64,000 bases of DNA from Azolla caroliniana (lineage: Eukaryota; Plantae; Polypodiophyta). The notes beneath the pieces are model-generated. The model searched no databases and was not told where the DNA came from. It saw only the letters and a program-made list of their open reading frames with translations. This document shows positions 11,569 through 25,333 of this stretch, piece by piece (positions within the stretch are counted from its first letter, which is position 1; each line of letters starts with the position of its first letter). The position numbers were made by a program, and so were the translations under genes. The stretch spans positions 9,486,001 to 9,550,000 of the forward strand of contig JBHGNT010000021.1 in NCBI GenBank assembly GCA_043228905.1, in the 5' to 3' direction.

Positions 11569-14201
11569 TGGGATCTAATTAAGGATGACATGTTGGAAGG
11601 GATGCAATACATTATGGCTGAAGGTTTAATGCCTCCAACAATGTGTCGAGGAATGATTTATTTAATTCCCAAGGATGGGAAAGATCTAACTATACTTGAT
11701 AATTGGCGACCTTTGACGATTCTCACTAATGCCTATAAGATCATGGCTAAAGTTGTAAGTAGTCGATTGAAAACGGTCCTAGGGGACATAATACATACAA
11801 CGCAAACTGGCTTCCTCGAAAACCGGAGCATTGTTGACAATGTGATAACTTTCTCAGAGTATTCAACATGGGCGGAGGAGCAAGGAGTGGACCTAGCAAT
11901 AATGTTACTCGATTTCGAAAAAGCATATGACAGGATCTCATGGGAATTCCTAGAAGTAGTGATGGATGCCCTAGGCTTCGAGCAGTAATGAATCCTTGGA
12001 TTGGCAGCCTTTTATAGGGATGCTTCCAGCCAGGTTTTAATGGCTAGAAGCTTGGGGAAGAGCTTTAGGATGACACAATCGGTATGCCAAGGATGCCCAT
12101 TGGCCCTGTACCTATTCATTATTGCAGCAGAAGCTTTGCATTATCATATTGGTGATAGATATTGGCAAATACAAGGCCTTCCCCTACCCGAGGATGCAGG
12201 AATGATGCTTGATACAGAATATGTTGATGATACAACAACCTATGTTAAGGGGGATACAAACAACATGGACAGACTACAAAGTGCAATAAAAGAGTTTTGT
12301 AGGGGATCGAGTGCAAAAATCAACTGGAATAAATCAGTGGGCATTTGGAGTAGCAATAAGCCTGTGGTAAATTGGGCTCCAAACCCTAATTTTAGATGGT
12401 TAAGGAGAGGAGAAGCTACTAGATACTTGGGTTTCAAAATCGGGATGGACATTGATCACTCAGAACACTACAATCTACTTGTGGACAAAATAAAAGCGAA
12501 GTTAATATGGTAGAATGTACATGCCTATTGTTTGGAACCCATTAATTAGAGATGTGGATGGGCTAATGATAGGACAAAAAGTAGGCTTCAAATGGGCCAA
12601 TTTAATTAATGCCCAAGGGAATATATTGGCAAATTGGAAGAGATTTCTATGTAATGATGTGGGCACTCAAAAGGCTAGAATATGGAGAATAAACAAGGGT
12701 AAATGCATGCTAATGAGGATTACATCTGCCTTTGCACGCAACGAGCAAATCTTGGAAGATGTAGTCATTAGCCCCTCTAAAATGGAATGGACAGGACTTC
12801 GATGCTGAAAATTATCTAATTGGAATTAAGGGAATGAAAGTCGGATCTAATGAGGCATGCTGTCACGGATAGATCATAAGCTCAAGAGACAAGAAGAAGA
12901 TAGACAAATGGATGAGTAGTATTAACGGAAAGACTCCATAACTGTTGTTGTTCACCTTGAATTCCTTCAAGGTGATTTATGAACTCTTGACACATGCTAC
13001 TACAAAATAGAGCATAGAATGGTAATATGGGAGCAACTAGCCTATCAAACTGAAAGGCCAATTAGGTTGCTTGCAAAAAATGGAAAGGATATGATAGTTG
13101 ACCCCGAACCGAGTGATCTCAAACCAACGATAGTGTGTTGGCCGATAGAAGGGCATTCAAATAAGCTATCATGGGACCCCGCGATGTATTTCTAGAAAAC
13201 TCAAGGTCAAAGTGATGGTGCCAAGTTGGTGCAATTTTTCAGGCACGAAAATCGGGAGGCAAATTATACTAAAACAAGAACACAAAGATATTGCATCTCG
13301 TAAATTTTGGATACAAGAGGGCATTAGTGAAAGGAGATTAGCTAAATTCTGGAAAATGATATGGCATGACAGCGGTAACCGCAAGATAATGATGTGCTTA
13401 TGGCTTATTGTGCATAGAGCCTTGCCAGTAGGGGCGTGGGCTAAAGGCCCCAATGTAGACCCTAGATGTAGTGCATGTGGACAACTAGAAAGCATTTCCC
13501 ATTGTCTCTAGAAATGTCATGAGGCTATGGTTGTATGGAGAAGGGCATTACGATTGCTTTGCCATGCCTCTAGCTCATTTACCCTCAATTGGGGACATGC
13601 TTGTTGGAATTGTCTTGATGATGATGTAGAGAAATTTGATAGCACATGTGCAACTATGTACATAGGGGAGAATGGAACTATTTGATTGATCGTTGGTAAC
13701 AGTGCACCTAGAATTAATGCCCAAAAGCAGAAAATTGAAGATTTATGGATGTTGCTAGCACCCATTATCATATGGAACATTTGGACCCCAAGATGTACTA
13801 GGGTATTTTCAGCAAACAAACGGCCTCCATCAGAATCTATTAAGCTAATATGGCACACATTAATAACTACATTGAGGGCCCAATATGAGCGGATTGATGG
13901 AACAGATGATGCTTCAGAATTAATGAGGCTGAATTTCAGAAAACGATGGTGTATTACACCGATGGTTGTAGAAATTGGAGTGGATATACGTTGGCAGTAC
14001 GTAGTACCGAGATGGTTGTTCCCCCCTCCCATTAGATGATAGAGGGCATGAATGACACGAGAAACATGGAGAACAAACATGTGGGCTATTTAGTGTAAGA
14101 TAAATAAGTGATGTGGCCCATATGGAAGTAGGTAATGTCTAAAGTTGTGTATTGTATGTCATTTTAACTAATGGAGTATATTCTTCTTTGGAAAAAAAAA
14201 A
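11569..14201 (+). mobile_element. L1-clade LINE, 5'-truncated (RT, zf-RVT, C-terminal domain, poly-A)
   Basis: NWRPLTIL, LDFEKAYDRISW, QGCPL, EYVDDT; CSACGQLESISHC; ends RWQYVVPRWLFPPP; A-run at 14193-14201. Confidence 0.9.
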
Positions 14202-14428
14202 TCTTCATACATACAAACAAGTTACATATATATACATACACGCACGCGCACACACACACACACACACATATAAATAAATTAGATATTCCATATCATATTG
14301 TGAAATGCAAATAAGACTTATGTGCATTTTACAATATAATCCATACTTATTACACAATATACAAATTTACATACACATACATACATAAATTACATATATA
14401 AATATATAGATACATACATAGATTTATT

Positions 14429-17400
14429 TATTTTTTTCCAAAAACATCTACTTCCATTAGTTAAGAATGTACAAAGGAATCATTTACAACTCATATCTTA
14501 CAAGACATCTTGCATGTCAAAGGAAAACAATGTGTAGATGAAACAACATAAAAAACAACTCCAAAACACCACATCATTCTATGTGTATAGCATTACTCGA
14601 ACGCATATTCTCCACGTGAGCCTCATACAAAAACAGAATTTAGCATAGATGTCCTCCATTCGCTCCTCATGGTAGCACCCATCTAGATGTTAGGAACACT
14701 TGGAGGGAACAGCCACCGCGGTGGTTGATAATTCCACTTCACTTTACCATCCATTATCTGCAACATCGACGAACCGCTCCATTTCCGAAGGAATCGAGCT
14801 CTAGCTTCTTCACTTGCATCAGATGGCCCTTGAAGACTTTCAAACTCACCTCGCAACGTAGAAATAAGATTAAACCAGATCATCATTAAATTCTCAGCCT
14901 GTGGGGTTCGTTTACCTGCGAGGGTCTCCTTGCACCGAGATACCCACACTTGCCAGACCATAAGGCCGACCACTAATACCCATATGTCCACGTAGCGTTC
15001 CTGTAAGAAGAATAAACCTCCTTGCGTTGCTGGTTGCACAGATCCTTGCTTCACCATTAAAGAAGGACTGTTTTCATTCCACCCTTGAAACCACGAGGCC
15101 GATTCAGTGGCCAGCCAAGTGATTGTTGCGCTCGATACATGAACCTCAACCCCAAAACGAGCCAAGATTCTTAAGCTCCTCAACCAGATTTCTTGCGCTC
15201 GTGGGCAGCACCACAAACAATGAGCGATGTCCTCCAAGCTCGCACTACACGCCTTGCAACCACTCATGCCGCCTCTATTCCCTAGTCACTCTCCCGTTGG
15301 AACAGCCCGATGGGTGATTAACCAGAAAAACACTTTGATCCGCTCGGGAAGGGATGAGTTCCATATCCTACTCCTGGTTCTATCCACGAAGACTGAATCG
15401 ATAGCTGCATGGGTCCACTTGTTGGCACATTTCTCACGATACGAACCTAACTTTCTCCCCAAGTGCGTCGAGTATTCGAAGAAACCTAGTGATTTAGCTT
15501 GTTCTCCCTTCCACCTATATTCAACGGGATCCCATTCTACACGCTCGAGAGGCTTGCCTTCAACCACGTACAAGATCCAATCCTCCTCGACCTCTTCGAC
15601 TGGTGGATTCACCTTCCATTTCTTTCCGTGTCTTGCCAGAATTCTAATAGGGTACCAGCCTGCACTTTCATCTAATAATCCCATCAGGACGGTCTTCCCA
15701 CTCTTTCCAAGACCCCTGACATTGATAATATTTCCGGTACCATCACATTGTCCAGACCATTCACCCTCTTCCTCATTACCAATAGGAAGCGAGGAGACAG
15801 TTGTATTGACTACGTCAAGCATCTTTCTGCCATTTCTGACCTTTCCCATGTCTTCATATAATTGATCACGATTATTGCCGGACAACCGCAGCCAATCAGC
15901 CACCAAGTGTATCCCTAGACAATGCAATATAGCCCACGGCATGCGCTTGCTTTGTCCAAGCATCATTCCTTCTGGTGATTGCACGGTCTCGTTCCACAAT
16001 AGGGGTTGGCGCATCCATTCAGCACTAGTACTTGGACGATTCCGACTTAGATGCCCACGAAGCATACTCTACGCCTGCATCACTAACATACAAGTACGAT
16101 CAGCCAATCGGTTAGATTTTCTCAATTTTAAGTCCATGCAAAAAGGCCACGCTTTGTGTGACTTCCATTGCCCACCCAGTCTTGGACTCCATAGAATGCT
16201 CCTATTATGTATCAATGTTTTCCATAACTCATCACCGGGTAGCAAGCTTCTTACCAATATCTTACATAACAATGCCTGACTCTGCAATCCAGGGTCAACC
16301 AATCCTAAACCCCCCTTACTCTTGGGAAGAATCAATGTAGACCATGATACTTTGGCTGCCGCATTGTCTTTCCGCATCCCAACCCAAAGAAATTCCCTAA
16401 TACACGCTTTAACAGTACGAATAGCTTGCTTGTCAAACATCCACACTGAAACTGCATGCCATAATGTAGACAAAAGCACATGGTTAGCTACTATGATCCT
16501 ACCAGCCAATGATAAGTTCATCCCTGACCAGTTGCGAATTTTGTCACAGATTTTGCTTTGAATATGTTGCAGCTGAATTCCCTTGTCGATATCTACCCCA
16601 ATCCACGTTCCCAAATACCTAGTGGCTTCCCCATTTGCAATCCATTTGAATTCAGCATTTGGCTTCCAAACAGGGACTTCAAGCTAATCCAAAAACCCTT
16701 GGACTTCTTCCAATTAATGGACACTCCCGATGCCTTGCAAAAGAGCTCAATAGCACTCTGTGCCCTCTCAAGATTCGCTTCATTTCCTTGGAGGTATAGC
16801 ATCGTATCGTCCGCGAACTCCGAATCCAGCAGGGACTTCCTTGCGTTAGGGATCGAAAGACCATGAAGATTTGCCCCTTGGCTATTAAAAAGGGCAGACA
16901 TTGCTTCAGTAATAAAAAGGAAAAGAAAGGGGGCAAGAGGACAACCCTGCCTGATGGATCGAGTAAGAATGATTTGAGCTCCTTTCCTCCCTGCAATCAG
17001 CACCTTACTCGAGCCATTCCTATATAAGGCTTGGGCAACACACCTCCATTCCAATGGTAGCTCAATGACCTTCATCACTTCTTCCAAGAAAGACCATTGC
17101 ACTCGATCATAGGCTTTCTCGAAGTCGAGCATCAGACAAGCTAAGTTTTGATTGGTCACCTTCGCCGTTGCAACAGCCTCCCAAAACAAAATCACGTTGT
17201 CCATAATAGAACGATGCTCCATGAAACCAGTTTGATTAGATTGGATGATATCGCCTAGGAAGGGCTTGATTCTCTGCACTAATATGTTAGCAAAAATTTT
17301 ATAAATTAGGTTTAAAATTGTAATGGGCCTCCATTGCTTAATCTCGTGCAGCGCAGTCTCCGATTTCGGAATCAAGTAGATCAAGCCTTCATTGAAGCTA

Positions 17401-18873
17401 CTCGGCATCCATCCCGTTCTCCACATCTCTTGCAATCCAGCTTTCAAGCTTGGAAAAATTTGCTCCCAAAACTCCTTGAAGAAGGCTTTGGGAAGATCGT
17501 CAGCACCAGGACAAGCCATACTCTGTATCTTATCTAGCCCCACTACAATCTCTTCCTCCTCTATGGCTTTTGACAACTGCGCTTTAGCTGCCTCTCCAAT
17601 CCTGGTTTTCAAGCATGTAATTACACCATGCATCAGGTTACTCGGAGGGTCGTTTGTCAACGTAGGAGCTAAAAGGTCTCTGTAGTAATTAGTCGCCATT
17701 TGCAAGATTTCCTCTTGATCAAATGTCATTGACTCATCCTCCCGTTTGAGACTATGAATATGTGTTCCTCTCCGTTTCGGAGTCTTGGCAAGAAAAAATT
17801 CCCTATTAACTTTATCTCCCTTGACAGCCCACCATGCTGCTGACTTTCTGAAGAGGAATTGCTCACATTGCGTTCTAACCTCCTGCAGCAACCTAGTGGC
17901 CTCCTGCAACCTATCTTTCGCCCAAGCACAACATGGGTCCACTTGCGTGAGCTTTTGAGCTGAGATGACTGCCTTCCTTAGGCATTGCAGACGGTATTGA
18001 CACCTTAACATCTCCTCCCTAGCCACTTTCTGAAGAAACAAGGAAGAATTAATAATCTTTTCCTCCAATACTTGTATCGAGTCGTGGGCTGATGGGGATG
18101 CCGTCCAAATGGTATTCATTGCATCCTTAACCTTCTGGATACCGAAAATCTTCGGAGGAATCCTCACATTGCTCTCACTCTTCTTCTTATAAATAGGTTC
18201 AAGAGTCAAGGATACTGGAAGGTGATCCGAATAAGTAAAACCAGCAAGAATGGATGAGAAGCCAGTCCATTCCTCTATCCCGGGGCTCACATAGATGCGG
18301 TTCAATCTAGACTGACATCCTTCACTCTCCTTCCAGCCAAATCGTGAGAACCTTAAGGAATTTACCTCAACTGCCATAGTAGAATACCACGAGTCCCGGA
18401 TTCCCAACATAGAAGTTAAGAAACCCCACGCTCTAAGCTCCTCCCCATGTAGCAAGTTCGAATGAGCCCCAAGACAATCTTCCACTCTCTCTGTCATGTT
18501 AAAATCCCCTGCCACTATCCAATTGTCGACGGAGGGAATTTTGCTTGCCAACAGTCTCCAAAATGAGGTCCTCTCATTGCTAATGTTAGGTGCGTAGACA
18601 TTCAACACCCCAAATTTTACATTCCTCCATTCCAAGTAGCAGAACATAGCCCTACCTTCGATCAATATGCCATGATCCAAGATGATGATATCCGCTAATT
18701 TCCTCACCGAAATACACACTCCACCTCTCCTTTCTAACACGCCGTGAGCAGGATCCCACCATGTGTACCAATCCCCTAGCAACAGGTCTTTGAACAGTTC
18801 CGTTCTTTCTCGGCCAAGGTGATGCTCTTGTAAGAGCAAAATATCAATAGTTTTACAAAGGCCGTCAACTTCC
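14429..18873 (-). mobile_element. L1-clade LINE ORF2 (APE endonuclease, RT, zf-RVT), with TSD
   Basis: LLQEHH, NVYAPN, GDFN, SDH; WRPITILN, DFEKAYDRV, RQGCPL, FADD; ends WNYQPPRWLFPPS. T-run at 14431. TSD CATACATAGAT(T/A)TATT at 14413-14428 and 18874-18889. Confidence 0.93.
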
Positions 18874-19182
18874 CATACATAGATATATTACATATATACA
18901 TTCATCCACACACATTAGATATATGTATACTTACACATACATCGCATATATACATGCATATTACATACATATTACAAACATACATCCATATATGAGCCAT
19001 ATACATACTAAACATGAAAAATATCCCAAAAATATACATACATAACTACATTAAATATATACACATCCATACATTCATACACGTAAATACATATCACCAT
19101 ATATACACACACACATACATACACATACATACGTTAGATATATACGTACATATTATGCACATAATTACAAACACATCCATGC

Positions 19183-22100
19183 ACTTTCTTTCTTTTTTTT
19201 CCTGGAAAATATCCTTTCATTAGTTATAAACAATTATTACAATAAAGTTGACCTACCGTCAAGCTACCATTGATATGTTGCATTCTTCCTTAGGTCCCAT
19301 CCCTCAAGGATAAAGATTATGAACACTCCACCACTCCTTAACCAAGTTTTGTTATTGGTGGTGGGAACAACTATACTGGTGGTGCTAAGCACCATCTGGG
19401 TCTTGAATTTTGTAATGTGAGAAAAGGGGCATTCGTCCAATAGGCAATAAATTCGAGGTGTTGTAACACTGCAGCATCTGTCTCGCCTTTAATATCCTCA
19501 TACCACCCTTTCAAGGTATGCACCATCTCCATCCAAACATTCCGTACACTTTCCACTGGATGAACAGTAGTATTACCAAACACCTTAGATGTTACGAGCA
19601 TGACCATATAATATCCCATGGTGAGAATTTACCATAGCATTCTTTACACTTATCCACGTGTATAGAATGCTACGGTAAATTCTCACCACGGGATATTATA
19701 TGGTCATGCCCGTAAGATTAGAACACCTAGCAGTCCAAATAAACCACATTGTGATGGTGCATAGCAGCTCCCATACTTCTTGCATTGCCTTTAACATGTA
19801 AGGAGCTTCCATATGACTTCGTTGCACGACCATTATCATTCCTATTTGAATTCTAATAATCGTGTCATTTGGACATGCCTCATATGGCCACATCATTTGT
19901 GCCACTATAACCTATACTACCCCACGAAAAATTGCAATCCCTAAACATAAATGCTAGAACTCGAAACACTTGTCTCCAAACTTGTTGTGCAGCATGACAT
20001 TCCCACAAGCAATGTTTCAATGTCTCCATCTAACAACTACAATAGATGCATGTGGTCGGTCCAGCTGATTGTTGCAGCCATTGGCCAATTGGTAATGCTC
20101 TATGTATTACTATCCATTGGAAGACATTTATTTTTCATATCTTGCTTCCTTTTCCATAATGTTCTCCAAAACTTTGCTAGGAATTCGGATGTGACCCCTT
20201 GATGGGTCCAAAATTGACTAGCCCTTGGTGTAGTCCTACATTGAGCTGCCAAAATGTGTCGTGCAATCTTAACTGAGTGTTGAAAAAACCACACCTTTTT
20301 CCGCACGATCAAACGGATCTTTCCACCAAAATTCTGTCGAATCACATTGCAACCTTATCACTCTTAGTTTCCAATGTTCCTTGATTGCATCCACTTGTGG
20401 GTCGATGATCCACTTAGATCCGTCATAAGCAAGGACCCTTATTTTAGAGAATGTAGCATATTGCAAGATCTCTGGTTGTATCGTTGCTCTACATATACTG
20501 CCATCTTCCTCCACATCATAGTCTTGACATCGTTCGCAAGACAAATGTCCCCTTACCCCCACTAGCACTTGAAGCCTCGTAAATTCCCCTTCCCACTTGG
20601 GAGGATTAAAGGACCATACCGTAGAGGCTGAGTGCCCCAAAACCGACTACACCTGGTTCCACATAATCCGCCCCCCTCTCAAGGAAGACAAAAATTCGGA
20701 TCCATCATTTATATTCAAAGTATGAAAGGATTTCCATGCATCAACGGACGCTCTCGGCCCTGCATCGAGCTTGGCCCAATCCAATCGTGTATGGGACCCC
20801 AACATGTGCCCTGAGGGCAAACGCATGTCTCAAGTATTCCTCCTCACATGTTGGTACACTATGTCCCAACCCTTTATGTACATTCTCCCATGCTCTTAGA
20901 AGACCATTAAAAAATTTGTCTTCCCAATTCCTAGTCATAACATGTTTCTTGTATGGTATAAAGATCCACCTTATGCTATCACTCCACAATCCACCCATCG
21001 GCGGAGCACAATGATACAAACTTTGCATAAGCAATTGCTTCCAAGGGGCGTGTCCTGGTAAAAGGCCACGAACTATTAGCTTTGCTAACAAGGCCATGCA
21101 TTGGTCTAATGAATATATAATCCCCAGACCATCGTATTGCTTTGGGGTTATCAGTGTACTCCATGCCACCTTCGTTCTTACATGACTCCTATCCTCCCCT
21201 GCCCATATAAAATTCCTAACCAGCCTTCGAATTTGTCCAATGCACGATTTTGAAAAGATCCAAGATGAAGCTATATACCACACCGTAGATAGTAGCACAT
21301 GGTTGTTAACTATCACTCTCCCGGCCAAAGATAGTTTAGCGTGGCTCCACAAGAATAACTTTTTCCTCAAAGTTAATAATAATGGTGCAGCATGTAGTTC
21401 TAGGACCAAATCAATCCCAACCTGCACTCCAAGATATCGAACCGCAACTCCTCTTTGAGTCCACTAGAAAGTATGATGTGGTGCCCAACAAGGCGGCAGT
21501 CCTTTGCTAACCCAAAATGCAACAATTTTCTCCCAATTTAACTTAGCTCCATACACTATACAAAACTGTGACAAAACCCCTTCTACTTGTTGCAAATTCG
21601 TTAGAGTTCCATCCACATGTAATGCATCTGCAAATTCCGAGTCTAATATATCTTGTCCATGCATTGGCATCGCCAAACCATGCAAGCCTATAGATTGTGA
21701 TGATATAAATACATGCATTGCTTCCGCAAACAAAAGGAACAAAAATGGTGCAAGCAGACATCCCTGGTGGACGGACTGAGTAATATTAAACCGAGGTCCT
21801 ACTCCACCTGCCAACAACACCTAACTATGTGCATTTCTATAAAGACAAGAAACATCCTTAATCCATGTCGTGTTGAAGCCCAAGTGATGCATAGTACCTT
21901 CCAAAAAATTCCAGTCAACCCTATCATACGCTTTCTCAAAATCTAAAAGCAACACGGTTAGGTTTTGTTTGTTTTTTACCGCTATTGTAGTGGCCTCCCA
22001 AAACGTAAAAGCATTATCCATAATACTCCCTTCCCTTATAAATCCAGTTTGCGATACATGAATTATCTTTGGTAGTACCCCTTGTAATCGAGAACTAAGC

Positions 22101-22935
22101 AACTTAGCAAATATTTTATAACTAGTATTCAAGAAGGTGATTGGCCTCCACTTATGAATATCTTTTGTTGGCTTGTACATGTATCCCCAATTTGCGTCCA
22201 TCTTGAAACAGAATTGTGATACTAAAATTGACTACGACATCCTTCCATATGTTGAACCTGTTTTCGGGCTTCTTCAAGATACGAAGCTACCCATGCACAC
22301 TCTGGCTGACCCTGTTGCAATCTTTGCAAAGATATCAACCTTGCCCTCATCCTTATTTACTTGACCTAATATTCCATATATTTGGATCTTGATTTTAACG
22401 TAAAATATTGTGATATCTCCGTCAAAGCACAAGCCACTTTGATTGTAATGGGAACATCCATATTATCTTTGTTCCACCAAATATCTGTCATTTGATTATA
22501 CCGTCTATTGTCTAACATTACTTTTTCGGGTATCCTAAATCCTATAGACTCCCTTTTCGATTGACCAAAGGTTCTCAATATAACAGGAGCATGATCAAAG
22601 AAAGTTGTGCCTAGCGTAATCGTGATATTTCCCCCATTTAAGACAAAGGCCCCCCCCACATAAAATCTATCCAATCTTGAAATATTGGTTCCACCAATTC
22701 TCCTATCAAAACGTGAGAAGCTCAAGGAATCCTGAGATCTATAAACATTAGGCATATGCCCTGCATCCAAGATACTCAATTTCAAACACATTTGTTCCCA
22801 CACTGCTAGTTCCTCCCCATGAATTGTTGCCACACTCCCTCCTTTCTTATCCTTCGGGTTCTCAAGCATATTAAAATCCCCTGGAACACACCAATGAGAC
22901 ACGTTCGATAATGCATTTGTAATTTCACACCAGAA
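19183..22935 (-). mobile_element. L1-clade LINE, decayed (end of endonuclease, RT, C-terminus)
   Basis: GDFNM..SRLDRFY..DHAPV; WRPITFLN, DFEKAYDRVDW; LSLAGRVIV; ends PRWCLAPPV*LFPPP; T-rich tail at 19184-19200. Confidence 0.88.
19589..19718. mobile_element. 130-bp foldback MITE (PIF/Harbinger-like, 3-bp TSD TAG) inserted in the LINE
   Basis: About 60-bp inverted arms (ATGTTACGAGCATGACC... / ...GGTCATGCCCGTAAGAT). TAG at 19586-19588 and 19719-19721. Removing it restores the LINE frame WTARCSKVF. Confidence 0.85.
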
Positions 22936-22949
22936 AAATGATTTACTTT

Positions 22950-23271
22950 CTTCCTATCAGGACCGAATCTCTCAAATTTCACTACTTTGATGAGTACACT
23001 ATTTGCGAAGAGGTAATACAGACACGGGAAAAGAGAGGGGAAAGAGGGGGGAAAGAGGGATTCAAGAGTAGGGAAAGAGGGAAACTCGTTTTTTTAACAT
23101 TATTTTTTTAAACAAAATGCATAAAAGTCGGTTACAAAAATATGAACCGGCTAGATTCCGATTTTGGGAAATTCTAGCCGGAATCAGTTCCGACTCTCTC
23201 CCACCTTGGCCGGCAAAAGTCCCAACCTAACCGGAACGCTGACATTGTTCCTGGGACTTTGCCCAACACTG
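22950..23271. mobile_element. DNA transposon end, hAT-like terminus (CAGTGTTGGG on the minus strand)
   Basis: GC-richer subterminal segment with CCGG motifs ending ...GCCCAACACTG; partner end not seen. Confidence 0.4.
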
Positions 23272-23299
23272 CTTATAACCTATAAATTACACATTTATT

Positions 23300-23508
23300 A
23301 TAAAAATTTAGTAGTGTCTAAGTTCCCAAGTCCCTCTTTTATTATCCCTATTTATTGTCAAGTTCCTTTTTTTTATCCTAGGAAAGTAAAAAAGACAGAG
23401 TTCTCTTCTTCTTTTTTGGGGTTAAACAAATACTAGACCGCCCATTTGTATTCGTATTCATTTGCATTCAAATGGGAAACCCGACGAATGAGAATATGTC
23501 AATCTATG
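23300..23508 (+). mobile_element. Right end of the CATAGATTGA hAT-MITE family
   Basis: Clearly homologous to 52720-52923; ends GAATATGTCAATCTATG; left TIR missing. Confidence 0.75.
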
Positions 23509-23881
23509 ATACAAATATACATTCACATGCAATACAATATATATATATATATATATGAATAAATGTGCACATACACACATGGGCACACACACATAACACA
23601 TTTATACACACAACCCATACATAAAGTATATACAACATATGCAATACAATACATATATACGTACATATATACATGTATAAAACATACGTGTGTTTTTTAT
23701 GTAAGGGCATTTAAAATGAGTTGTTATAAATATATATATATTGACACTAAGGGATATTTTTATTAACTGTTTTTTTATAAAAGGGTATCTAAAATAGTAA
23801 AAAACATATGTATAAAGGGTTTATAAAATATGTTGTGAACGCACGTGATACGAGCTCTTTAAATATAGTGGAGCCCCCGGG

Positions 23882-24201
23882 ATAACAACATGTTGTGGTT
23901 GTAGGGTTAGTTATCACTATACAAAGTTGTAACCTGAGTGTGGAGTAGAGTGTGAGTGTGAATGTGTGTGTAACCGTCAATTAGACGAAGACGAGCTCAA
24001 GATTGGTGCTTGTTAGTCTCTTTTTATTCTCTCCTCCTATAGTGGATAAGTTCGGAGTCTCCCATGATTTTTCCCATTACAGGGCTTTCCACGTTAATAT
24101 CTTGTGTCACTGTGTCATTGCATCATCTTTGTGTTTAGTACTTTGTTTTTTTCCTTTCTTGTGATTGTGAATCGGTTGTGTTTGAGCCCCATTTCCTAAC
24201 A
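23882..24201 (+). mobile_element. Truncated LTR (copia-type) ending CCCCATTTCCTAACA
   Basis: TATA-like CTATACAAAG, U5-like GT-rich text and a CA end abutting copia pol on the opposite strand; left part cut by the TIR element. Confidence 0.55.
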
Positions 24202-24950
24202 TTATTCTGCTTGCCAGCCAGGCAGTCAATACATTTCTCTAGATGCCCGTTTTTCACCTCCGGCAGGAGTTCCTTTTTGGCAAGCATCTACATACCCTTC
24301 TAACTCATGAGGCCTAGCCTTTCATGCCATAGCTCACCGGTTGTGTCAATTGCCACATTCACCTCGTTCCGGCACAATCGTGCATGCATCACATACAATG
24401 TATTTTGCTTTTGGGCATGAGCCACTATCAGGTTCCCTTTGTAGAATTTCCAACTCCCATTTGGAAAGCTACCACAATAACCTTCATCATCAAGCTGTCT
24501 AGCTGATATTAGATTCAGTCTGATATTCGGAACATGGCGTACATCCTTGAGCAACATTCTGCAACCTATAGCATGTCCTAACAAGTACTCGTGCATCTTG
24601 TACTCCCAAGATGCGTAGTTATTGTGTTCCAACTTCTCAGTCCACAATGTACTTCCCTTGTTCCTATCCATTTTATTGTTGTTGGTCCGCCACCTGGCTT
24701 GTGTCAAATTTAATGTCGGTTGTAGAGGATCAATTTGAACCCTTGCGCTCTAATACCATGTAAAGAATGTGGAAGTTGATGTACACAACCGGCTCAGCCG
24801 AACAAAATAGTATATCACAGTAGGACAATATGACAGAGAACAGAGATGGAGATTAAGCTTCAGAGATGAAGACAATACAAATACATAGAGAGAGAGAGAG
24901 AGAGTAAACCAAAAACATAGAATTGTATTATCAAAAAAGGTCGACAATTA
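24202..24950 (-). mobile_element. Chimeric copia remnant: LTR end, iMet PBS, gag start fused to Tnt1/Tork-like pol
   Basis: PBS TGGTATTAGAGC (24747-24758). TEKLEHNNYASWEYKMHEYLLGH (same family as 3776) joins directly to LKDVRHVPNIRLNLIS...LWHERLG...CIDCLAGKQN. Confidence 0.8.
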
Positions 24951-25333
24951 CAACTTACTCTTAGACATCTTTTATGAAATCATGAAGGAGAAAATTGTTG
25001 TTAAAGAGAAGGAAATAATGAAGCTAGAGCTTAAGACTAATGAAGAGGTGTAATGAAGGCCAACAAGAATTTGGGAATGAAGGAGGTGGCCAATACAAAG
25101 GCCCAAGTGCAATGTGAAGAGCATGCTAAGGGTGAAGGTAGGGGTTGTACCAACTTCTTGTCATGTGATGTCGAAATGAGCTTCGACAAGGCAGAAATGA
25201 AGGATGAGTTTGAAGGTAGTATGGACAAAGACAATAACATCATGTCCAAATCTTTGTATCCCTACTTTGATGTGCTTGGAGGCTCACATAAATTGGAAGA
25301 GTCATGTGAAGGAATAGAGCTTATACATGAGAT

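Larger units (their letters stand above)
11058..23881. mobile_element. Non-autonomous TIR DNA transposon (TIR CCCGGGGGCT(T/C)CACTAT) with AT/TACA-rich body hosting nested LINEs
   Basis: 11058-11074 CCCGGGGGCTTCACTAT versus 23865-23881 ATAGTGGAGCCCCCGGG (16/17 inverted match). AAGGGT subterminal motifs occur at both ends. Identical-style TACA-rich blocks at 11100-11568, 14202-14428, 18874-19182 and 23509-23860. Confidence 0.6.
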
